Assembly: GCA_900128395.1 (NCBI GenBank)
Contig: LT649234.1
Coordinates: 62,001-95,011, forward strand
Origin: Stramenopiles sp. TOSAG23-2
Lineage: Eukaryota
Reading direction: 5' to 3'
DNA: 33,011 nucleotides
The notes under the pieces are model-generated. The model was not told the DNA's origin and ran no database searches. It saw only the letters and a program-made list of their open reading frames with translations. The first letter of the stretch is position 1; every line of letters starts with the position of its first letter. Made by a program: the position numbers and the translations under genes. Below, in pieces: positions 9,901-17,972 of the stretch.

Positions 9901-12092
9901 TCTGCCATTTCATGCGCTGTTTGTTTCTCTCGCAATATCCGAGCTTCTTCTTCAATCTTTTTTCGCTTCTCTTCTTCCAATTGCAACAATTTTTCTTCTT
10001 GTAATTTTGCAACTTTTTCCATTTCTGCGCGGGCATCATTTTCCAATTTCCTCACTTGCGCTTCTGCTTCCGCCTTTGCTTTCATTAATATTTCCTTTTC
10101 TTTATTTTTCATTTCCACTTCATGTTGCTTTGCTTTTTGCTCCATTTTAATTAATTCTTCGTTATACTGTTTCACTTGATTTTCAACTTGTTCTTTTTCT
10201 AATTTAATTTTACTTAATGTTTCATCTTTCACTAATTGTAATTTTAATTTTTCATCTTCCATCATTTTTTTTTCATTTAATATAGCACGTTTTTGTTCCA
10301 TTATTTGATCTTCCATGTGCTTCTTTTCTGCAAGTAATTTTTCTTTTTCCTCCTCAACTTGCCTTTGTGCAGCTCTACTTTCTTTTTCTATCTCATCCAC
10401 ACGTGCTTTAGTTTCTGCTTCAAATGAATCTTTTGCTTTCTTCAATTCTTTTTCTAAATCTAATTTCTTTTTTAATATTTCATGATGTGCCATCTTTTTA
10501 TCATTGTCCAATTTAGCTTTTTCTGCATTAATATGCTTTTCCATTTCCATTTTTTTTTGCAATAATAATCTAGCTTCTTCCGTTGCTTTTTTTTGCAATT
10601 CAATTTCTTTGGATTCAGCTTTTCTAGACATTTCTTTTTCTAATTGGATAATACGAGTCAATTCAGCAATTTTATTTTTTTCTGCTTCTATTTCTGCTTT
10701 GGTGGATACAATTTTTTCATCTCGCTGATATTCTTTATTTAATTCATTTGCTAATTTCATTTCATTTGCTTTAATATCTTCTGCACGGCTGGCTGTTCTA
10801 TTGTTATTATTATCGTAATTACGACCACCTCTTAATCCTTTACGTCTATCACGTCGTCTTTTTTTCTCTTCAAATTCTTTTTGTTTTTGCAATCTTCTCT
10901 GCTTCGTTTTTTCATCCTCTGAATCTGAATCATTTTCTTCTTCTAGTAATTCAAAATCTAATAGTCTTTTTTTCCGTTCATTTTTAATCCTTTCTTCCTC
11001 CTCTTGGGCTAAACGTTCTTTTTCTTCTTTTTCTTTCCTTGCTGCTTCGACTTTTAAACGTAAATCTTCCAATTCTTTTAATTGTTCTAATACATCTGTT
11101 GCTTCAGAAATAACGATATGATCCGGGTCAATATCATGCTCATGTGCACTTTCAAGTAATCTTTTTAATTGGTTATAATCACGAGCATTTGCAACTTCTT
11201 TCACATCATTTAAAAATTTATCTCGTTTCCTTTCTTTTTCTTCAGCTAATTCTTGTGCTATTCTAGCCGCTTCAATCGCTTGACGTTTTTCCTCTTCTAT
11301 TTTCAATTTTGCTAATCTACGCTCTTCCTCCTCTCGTTTTTTTGCTTCTGCTTCTTCTTTTAATTTTTGCTCAAGCGCTTCTGCTTTTTTCCGTTCCTCT
11401 TCCTCTTGCAATCTACGTATTTGAAGTAATAATCCCATACGACCAAATCCTGGGCTTGGATTGATTTTTTTCTTATTTTTAGGTGTGCCAGGTTCCCGTT
11501 TACAATTACGTGCATGACTATTATATATAGCTTTTGAATCAAAATCTTCTTTTCCACATCTTGGACATTTTAGACGATCTTGTTTCTTGTTTGTTAAACC
11601 ACGTTTTGCAAGTCTACGCCCACCACCACTGTCATTGTTGCTATTATTCATATTACTAAGACTATTTTTACGTGTCAATGGACTTCCACCTTTTACTTTC
11701 AAAAATTTCATATCTTCCTCGTTATTTAAATTGGATGATGATGTTTCAAAACCTTTTGTTTCCAACACATTATCGTCGTCATCGTCGCCTAAAGAATAAA
11801 AAAATGACTTATGATGACCTCCTGTTGGACTTGGTGAGGTGGGTGGTGGTGGTGGTTTACGCTGCATGGATCTGGTACGGAATGTGGACGATGCTTCAAC
11901 TTCTAACGCGAGATCTACATTTCCTTTTATTGGTGTTTTAAAAGTATACATACCATCTTCATCGTCTTCATCATCGTCGTCTATAAAATAATTTTTTCTA
12001 CCAATTTTTGCAGCACTAGAATTTGGTGCTGTAAATTTCGTACTTAAATTTTTTGGCGATGAAACTGTTTGCTTGGGAGGTGTATGATACAT
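6960..12092 (-). CDS. Coiled-coil / EF-hand / ankyrin-repeat / WW / RING protein, putative E3 ubiquitin ligase
   Basis: 1710 aa. N-terminal CPRC...H...C zinc finger; long E/K/R coiled coil; EF-hand pair (DYEGDGFIKNDD, DKKGLGKVNYEE); ankyrin repeats (GRTPLFCAA, GDSALHASC, GDTPLHGAACNGH); WW domain (WSHAQDPESGHYYYYHVETGETQWEEP); C-terminal RING (CIIC...LPCEHTCVCKGC...CPVC). Confidence 0.92.
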   Translation of the reverse strand: MYHTPPKQTVSSPKNLSTKFTAPNSSAAKIGRKNYFIDDDDEDDEDGMYTFKTPIKGNVDLALEVEASSTFRTRSMQRKPPPPPTSPSPTGGHHKSFFYSLGDDDDDNVLETKGFETSSSNLNNEEDMKFLKVKGGSPLTRKNSLSNMNNSNNDSGGGRRLAKRGLTNKKQDRLKCPRCGKEDFDSKAIYNSHARNCKREPGTPKNKKKINPSPGFGRMGLLLQIRRLQEEEERKKAEALEQKLKEEAEAKKREEEERRLAKLKIEEEKRQAIEAARIAQELAEEKERKRDKFLNDVKEVANARDYNQLKRLLESAHEHDIDPDHIVISEATDVLEQLKELEDLRLKVEAARKEKEEKERLAQEEEERIKNERKKRLLDFELLEEENDSDSEDEKTKQRRLQKQKEFEEKKRRRDRRKGLRGGRNYDNNNNRTASRAEDIKANEMKLANELNKEYQRDEKIVSTKAEIEAEKNKIAELTRIIQLEKEMSRKAESKEIELQKKATEEARLLLQKKMEMEKHINAEKAKLDNDKKMAHHEILKKKLDLEKELKKAKDSFEAETKARVDEIEKESRAAQRQVEEEKEKLLAEKKHMEDQIMEQKRAILNEKKMMEDEKLKLQLVKDETLSKIKLEKEQVENQVKQYNEELIKMEQKAKQHEVEMKNKEKEILMKAKAEAEAQVRKLENDARAEMEKVAKLQEEKLLQLEEEKRKKIEEEARILREKQTAHEMAEKFALEQAEKSRQELAQKIKELETRDSQRRKHVQDEILKYREQARMKLKQKEDVLNVKLEQKRAELEEQEKLANTGQLEMLKQFEEEKMKLKQLRKEDNIRRKKEEEEHMKRAEEAKVAADIAMKRLEEREKQLKLWEEEMIKKAQDEAARISNEAKTRESDAKELEKQIIGDATKEAAERAAQFFDLREAEFKKKEQELMAKMEQNSLTIEKEKLAHQSQLQEQQQLMFQKLQDQINRMEERDQELRLREEKLRTEEAVAKQKQKLLDEKEKLYKILHAEKKEESTPPKVVDDHQQQYYEGHDANYNNEYDNYHDGTYDQYDYSQQEQPQQEPMSMIDYLRQFFKPLDYEGDGFIKNDDFRNALMSLPQPPSDEVAQQLIQSMDKKGLGKVNYEEFIQFYVSEMDEEEKALATQESVSNDNNDDANNNTGENYALEGYDTIPCSYCQDSESQLASHCASAYGHTECLEALIANGVNMEALDKSGRTPLFCAAANNHFNCVAILLDGMRPEALNHQDMRGDSALHASCCNGHHECAQIILQSGAMPDLQNNKGHTPAHLCKTVQCMQFLYERGGDLFCLDNNERTALFTACAHGRIAVVSLILEIDEQSTMLDFVDIRGDTPLHGAACNGHSDVVKLLLQTAADPSIKNRMGFSAGYLAECNGHIDACKLLEEYGGYKREGLQQQNSSNVETTTNNAGQQDGSHNINYKREYDLSKWSHAQDPESGHYYYYHVETGETQWEEPPGYSAYITQNGQQDQQQQEASSGGNEGYDENYDYYNNNGEYDNWYDYWNGYYGDDNQWRGYSEEGYYEGGYDDQTQHQQHEQQQHEQQQQQHSHGIKYNKDYMKMVEEYTTQMPYRKPAAGYDEVPTCIICHERPARDVFLPCEHTCVCKGCIESYGYKGKRGENGWKPKQCPVCKRRAYKVVALSKYLTLPKDYGPAPKLSKEWIEIFKKSSKMLSGERASYDESNVLDKIFQNKE

Positions 12093-12541
12093 GATGTAAT
12101 GATTGATCGACTATTATTTGTTTCTCGTTGACTTATTATTATTATTACTATTATTATTATTATTATATATACATTATTTATTATCGTTGAACATTTTTCT
12201 TTTGTATTTATTGATTATTATTTAATTTCGTATAGCTATTATTTTTCAATATTTATCTAAATTCCCTTTCTTGTTAAAAAAAAAAAGAAACGTAAAATCC
12301 AAATAATAATAGTAAGAATGAATCAATAAACAAACAACTATATATTATTATATTTTTCTAAATTTATAAAACATGTACATTGATACAGACACACACACAG
12401 ACAGACACCTATAATTGAATCCTTTTCTTACAAATTATTAATTAATTTTAATTAAAAACACTAACGTTTTTGTGTTGTTTATTTTTTTTTTGAGACGGTT
12501 GAGTTAGGATTAGGGTTCAATCACATGCTTTATTTTATAAT

Positions 12542-12617
12542 GCTATATAATGCTAGCTGGCTAGCTAGCCCTAATTAAAGGTGCCTAGCATGACAAATAG
12601 CTAGCATTTTGTATAGC
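12542..12617. promoter_or_regulatory. Nested palindromic GCTAGC island in a divergent intergenic region
   Basis: AATGCTAGCT (12549-12558) and AGCTAGCATT (12599-12608) form a perfect inverted repeat. Outer arms are GCTATA/TATAGC and an inner 12-bp palindrome GGCTAGCTAGCC lies at 12559-12570. AAGGTGCCTAG is shared with about 17243. Confidence 0.5.
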
Positions 12618-13287
12618 GTTGGATAACATAATTTTTTTTTTTAAATAGTAAATTATCCAATCTCTGTGATATATTGCACTATTATTAGAATGGATGATAA
12701 AATGTTTTCTCAATCCTAATCGTATGTGCGTATATGTTGTTATTATTTGTAAATTTATTCCCTGTGACCGAAATATCAATATTTATTTTATCATGGATAT
12801 AAATATACGCTAATGTTTGCCGAAAATATTAGCATATGAATAGCATTACAATAGAGTTGAAGAGTAGGGTTCAACCGGACCCAAATGTTTTTCCAAAATA
12901 TGTTCCGAAATTTATCCAAATTGATATGAATAAGATAATATTTTATATCATTTATGTAATAATTCGTTCGAAATCAACGTTAGCAGGCAAACAGGATTGA
13001 AATGAAGGAGGAACAAATAGCTCTAAAAGGAAGAATATAAATGAAATAAAAGAGGGGCCGGGGGAGAGATAACATAGAATGTTGATGCATCAATCTGTAT
13101 GTGTGTGGTTGTATTCTGTATATATATATGCGTGTGTGTGTGTGCATGTGATTGGAATATTGTTATCACTATTGTATTCTTCTTCTGATTAACCCGTGCT
13201 TGGGCCATTTACAACAAATTTTGAAGTACAATATTTTATTTACACATATAGTTAGATAAAGAACATAATATCATTTCATCAACAAAT

Positions 13288-16026
13288 ATGAAGAGTCATT
13301 TTAGTGTATCGATATCACTTCTCATATTAGTTGCATTTACATATCAAACCATTTTAGCAAGTGACTTACCAATAAGAGGTAGAAATGGAGGTGTACCACA
13401 ATTAAATGAGAAACAGGCTAATATGTTTAAACAGGAAGCAAATTTATTAAGAAAAGAACTTGCAAATCCCGTTGTGAATGCTGGTGGAGGCGACGAGACC
13501 AAACGTAACAACAATGAAAATAGTAATAATAGGAATAATAATAGGAATAATATAAATAATAACAACAAGGAATTTGTAAACGAAGCAAAACAATTAGAAC
13601 AAGATGTCTTCGACAAAGCACAAGCTACTGAAGTAGTTGCACAAGCTAAAATGAACGAACAAGCCCGAGAAACAAAAAAGGCAATGGGTATGTTGAACAA
13701 TGCAGGCTTGAGAAATGATAATGGAGCTGCTTCATTAAAAGCAGAAAGGGACCGACTGGCATTACGTAATCCATTTGGTGTTGTGTCAACTGGGCAAACC
13801 AATAAACATCGTATACAACAAGCATTGGATGATTTTAACTTACCAAAAATACCTGTAACATTGCCTGGTGCCAATATACCAAAACCGATTCATCCAGAAG
13901 TTCCACCTGGTCCAAATTCATGTTGTGGAGATGGTGATTGGGATGCAACAATTCGCGCGTGTGTATGTAAACCTTTATTTTATGGTCCACGTTGTCAGTT
14001 TAAAAAATTAAACAAACATGCGCATGGACGTTACACGTGCCCAACAATATGCCCACGTGGTGTTGAACAAGCTGGAGCAGGTAAATGCATCTGCCCTGAC
14101 GGATGGGGTGGACAACATTGCCAAATCCCAAAATGTTTACATGGACGTTTAGGTTGCCCAACCGGCAATAAATTTTGTGTAAAACCACAATGTTTATGTT
14201 CACCGGGATGGGAAGGACAACGATGTGGTCATAAACCAGTTCCAAAAACAGCTTCTAATAATAATAATATGTTCCATAGAGCAATTACGAAAAAGAAGAA
14301 GAAACCTAGTACGCCATGCAACGGTAAAGATTTACCATGTCAAAACACTGGTACGTTCAGTTGGGAAACATGCAGTTGTAATTGTTTGCCACCATTTACT
14401 GGTAAAGTATGCGAGAAATGTATTAAACAACAATGTGCAAAAGGTAAAATGCAAGATCCAAATACGTGTGGTTGTATGTGCCCACCAACAAAACAATGCA
14501 AAAACAACGGTGTATTAGATGATGGTACGTGTGGATGTTCATGTGTCAATTCATGGCACGGGGAGCAGTGCCAAAAATGTACCCCAAAATCATGCAATGG
14601 TCATGGTGTATGGGATAACAAGCAATGTGCATGTTTATGCGATGCACCATGGTTGCCAGATACGCAATGTAAAACATGTGGACATATGGAATGTGGTGAA
14701 CATGGTACATTTGTTGAAAAAGATTGCAATTGTAAATGCAAAGGTAATTGGAAAGGTATTCAGTGCGACGAATGCCCAACGAAAGAGGAGCGTATCGTTG
14801 CTGGCATTGATTGCGGTTTACATGCATGGGATGAGGAAAAATGTGAATGTAAAGAACAATGCGAACCGTTGGATTGTCAACACGATGGTTTCCAAGATCC
14901 AAAAACATGTAATTGTAAATGTAACCCACAAGGCAATGGTACGGATGCAAGTCAATCTGGCGATTCCAAGTTATTGACTAAAGCTACGTTTTGGAGTGGG
15001 GATACTTGCCAAACGTGTGAGCAACCAGATAAAAACCCATGCCCAGGATCACGCACATTTAATTTAACAAAATGTGGTTGCGAGGAATCGTGCCCAGATA
15101 TTAAATGTGAAAATGGTGGTGTATTGAACAACGAAACATGTACGTGTGATTGTGCACCAGGTTGGGGGGGTAAAACATGTACTGAACTTGCAGATGGGAC
15201 TACGAAAATACTTGCAGCTACGTCATGTAAGGCTGCACAAGCAGTGCGACCAGGAAATGCTACTACGGGTAAATATTGGATCAATCCAACCGGTACGAAT
15301 CCAAATGAAAATGCATTTCAAGTTGTGTGTGATATGCAAGAAGATGGTGGTGGTTGGATCGAAATCGCAAATATAGGTGATAACATGAGAAAAATGCAAA
15401 TATACAAAGATAAATACCAAAAAGGTTACCAAGCAACGAATATTGATGGAGAGCATATCTTTCCATGTTCCGCATTTGATGGTTTGGATGGTGGTGAAGG
15501 TGATTTGGAAAACGTTGTAGTACGTTTATCCATGGGAAAAGTAAGAGATTACTTTAAACCTATACCAGGAAAGTCATTGTGTGATATGTTAACTAGTCAA
15601 AACAATCACATGTGGTCCGCAAATGGCGGTGTACCTAGCAAAGATGGTGGTGGTGGCCAATGGTTAAGGCCAACTTACAATCAAGATCCAAATTTAAAAA
15701 ATTTATTAGGTGGATCTAATGCAACATATCCAAAAGATATCGATGGTCGTCAATTTTTAAGTTTTTGGGGAGGTGATGATGGTGGATGTTGTCATCAATA
15801 TTCTACCATATACCCAGACAAAAATGGTGGAGCAGATAAAGCTCAATGGGGCTCTGCGTTCAAAATGTATGCTCAAGAAGTTCTTCCACCTGGTAAACCA
15901 ATTGTTGATGCTGGTGCAGAAAGTGCTGCAAAAGGTGAAGGTAAATCTTTTTTAGAAATTAGTGAATCACCTGTCTTGAATAAATTGAAGCAACTTTTGA
16001 ATATTGTGGGTAATAATAAAAAATAG
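13288..16026 (+). CDS. Secreted cysteine-rich EGF-like/CxC-repeat protein with a C-terminal fibrinogen-like (SCK...YWI...CDM..GGGW) module
   Basis: 912 aa with a signal peptide. Many EGF-like units (CICPDGWGGQHC, CQNTGTFSWETCSCNCLPPFTGKVC, CENGGVLNNETCTCDCAPGWGGKTC). ATSCKAAQ...GKYWINP...FQVVCDMQEDGGGWIEIA is the typical fibrinogen/COLFI N-terminal subdomain motif. Confidence 0.9.
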   Translation: MKSHFSVSISLLILVAFTYQTILASDLPIRGRNGGVPQLNEKQANMFKQEANLLRKELANPVVNAGGGDETKRNNNENSNNRNNNRNNINNNNKEFVNEAKQLEQDVFDKAQATEVVAQAKMNEQARETKKAMGMLNNAGLRNDNGAASLKAERDRLALRNPFGVVSTGQTNKHRIQQALDDFNLPKIPVTLPGANIPKPIHPEVPPGPNSCCGDGDWDATIRACVCKPLFYGPRCQFKKLNKHAHGRYTCPTICPRGVEQAGAGKCICPDGWGGQHCQIPKCLHGRLGCPTGNKFCVKPQCLCSPGWEGQRCGHKPVPKTASNNNNMFHRAITKKKKKPSTPCNGKDLPCQNTGTFSWETCSCNCLPPFTGKVCEKCIKQQCAKGKMQDPNTCGCMCPPTKQCKNNGVLDDGTCGCSCVNSWHGEQCQKCTPKSCNGHGVWDNKQCACLCDAPWLPDTQCKTCGHMECGEHGTFVEKDCNCKCKGNWKGIQCDECPTKEERIVAGIDCGLHAWDEEKCECKEQCEPLDCQHDGFQDPKTCNCKCNPQGNGTDASQSGDSKLLTKATFWSGDTCQTCEQPDKNPCPGSRTFNLTKCGCEESCPDIKCENGGVLNNETCTCDCAPGWGGKTCTELADGTTKILAATSCKAAQAVRPGNATTGKYWINPTGTNPNENAFQVVCDMQEDGGGWIEIANIGDNMRKMQIYKDKYQKGYQATNIDGEHIFPCSAFDGLDGGEGDLENVVVRLSMGKVRDYFKPIPGKSLCDMLTSQNNHMWSANGGVPSKDGGGGQWLRPTYNQDPNLKNLLGGSNATYPKDIDGRQFLSFWGGDDGGCCHQYSTIYPDKNGGADKAQWGSAFKMYAQEVLPPGKPIVDAGAESAAKGEGKSFLEISESPVLNKLKQLLNIVGNNKK

Positions 16027-16335
16027 TTTTGATATATTTTACGAAGCGTATAATATATATTATGATGTGTGAGATATAAAAATTATATATATATATTAAT
16101 ATTTGTATATTATATAAAATAATGTGTGCGTAATTTTACAACAGAAAAAGAGTTTTCTTTCGCGCACGAAAAAAGTTACGTGATGTGTGTAGAATATTCG
16201 TACAACTCTCGCCAAATATATATGATACCCAGATTTTAACACACATATCCAAAGTGTCATTTTTTTTTTACATTCGTGTGTATATTATATATTTCTTCCA
16301 ATTTTCTTTCTATTATGCCTTGCTATATATTACAT

Positions 16336-16767
16336 TTATTCTGGTTTAAATGGTGTTGCATTAAAACAATCACTCGATTGTTTCCATAATGGATGATAAT
16401 TAAATTCACGAATAAGTACTGCAATACCTTTTTTATGTTCAGTTTTAGCATTATCATAAAGACTTGTCATACCATCTGTTAGTTTATCATACATTTTTTC
16501 AAAAGGTCCTATCTGTGCGTCAAATTTCACTGCAAACTCATTGTTAAACTTTAATCTATTTTCAAGAAAAATTCTTTCTTTATACAAGAAGCTCAAACGT
16601 TGATCAAAATCAAATAGACCATCTTTATCCGCACGAATTTCACTATTTAAAACATTCAATTGGTTAGTCAGATTTTCAATGGCACCACCGACCTCACTAG
16701 CAGTTTTATCGAATTTTTCAGTGTCTTTCCAATCAAACCCTTTTTTTGCTAATTTTTTTTTTGGCAT
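16336..16767 (-). CDS. Small coiled-coil protein, possible divergent SSNA1/DIP13/NA14-family paralogue
   Basis: 143-aa ORF with A at -3 and a heptad pattern. Gapless hand alignment to human SSNA1 (sequence recalled from memory) gives 18/92 identities, including FDxxIxxxExxYxK. Confidence 0.8.
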   Translation of the reverse strand: MPKKKLAKKGFDWKDTEKFDKTASEVGGAIENLTNQLNVLNSEIRADKDGLFDFDQRLSFLYKERIFLENRLKFNNEFAVKFDAQIGPFEKMYDKLTDGMTSLYDNAKTEHKKGIAVLIREFNYHPLWKQSSDCFNATPFKPE

Positions 16768-16977
16768 CTTGTTTCGTTATTTTCTTCGTTAATAATATTT
16801 ATTATCTCTCGCTTTACTATAAATACGCCTTTTCTTTTCTTTATAATAATCTTGTTGTTTTACGTATGGTATGTATAAAATTCCAGTATATATATAAATC
16901 AATCTATACAAGTCACATCAGTATAGATTATATGTTAGTGGTTTCGCACTTTTTTCAACGTCTTTGTCAGAAGAATG

Positions 16978-17125
16978 AAGACTTTCCCCTATCAAATATC
17001 ATACTGTACAGTAAGTGTTAATACTTGAAAGGGGGAAAAATTTAAATTCTTTTTTATTTCACTCAAAAAAATCTATCAACCTATCAAACGACACATGGTT
17101 TATACTTAAACGGGGGATTAGAATA
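16978..17125 (+). repeat. Second locus of the ~45-bp dispersed repeat family (two degenerate copies); the first copy forms an imperfect hairpin
   Basis: Homology to 2741-2872. TTTCCCCT...AAGGGGGAAA arms surround a central TACTGTACAGTA palindrome (about 17002-17013). Confidence 0.65.
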
Positions 17126-17972
17126 TCAAAAATTACTACATCAAATAAACGAATCGTTCGGGTTAAGGGATACTAAATAAAATAGCATACGTATAGGATT
17201 ACATACAAAAACTTTCTAATACTAACCCCTTCCTAAATGGTTAAGGTGCCTAGGGATCTAACACCGCCGTTAATTTTTGTTCTTTGCATCAATCCAAAAT
17301 AGTAGGTAAATAACAGGTAAATCGTAAATAAACACAAGTTCAAATTTAATTACGAATATAACATGGAAATATCATTAGTTCCGGGCAAGAAATAACGAGA
17401 TACCAGGACATTTGTTGCACGTCCAAGCACAAAATACTATTGTAAAAATAGGAGATTTATATTTAAAATTGATATATAAGTAAACGAACATTAAAAATAG
17501 GATACACATAACATGATAATAAATATAAATATAAATTATACTGGAATTTAATTAACAATTTATTTTCTAAACTAATCTATTTTCAATGAACACAAAATTA
17601 CAAAATATATAGATATATCTAGGTAGAGAGAGAAGATAGACATAGACGATATGAAAGTAACAACTGTCGTCTGGATTTAATTTTGTTTGCACCACGCACC
17701 GATCCTTGAATAAAAAGTTATATAGTCCTAATTGATCCTACATTTTCAATAATAGATTTACTTTACGTTTTCTTTATTTGAAATTTTGTGTGTAGTAGGA
17801 CTTTTCCCATTTGATTTTATAAACAATCGTCGTATATTTTTGATCTCCACAACATTAACGACAAACCTAGTAGAAGAAAGTAGAATACTTTTTATATTTT
17901 GTATTACATATACGTACATCTCTTTTCTTAAATACAAGGTTTACGAGTCTTTGATTTATAATTATATACATC

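Noticed and set aside
9322-10728. Long Phe/Ser/Cys-rich plus-strand ORFs, and similar ones opposite other genes (e.g. 3870-4589, 17867-18667)
   Set aside because: Reverse complements of E/K-rich or low-complexity coding sequence, with no independent protein features.
12495-12885. TAGGGTTCAA twice (about 12511 and 12865), resembling tRNA T-loops or B-boxes
   Set aside because: No cloverleaf could be built (no acceptor, D or anticodon stems), so it is not called as a tRNA or SINE. tRNAscan-SE would settle it.
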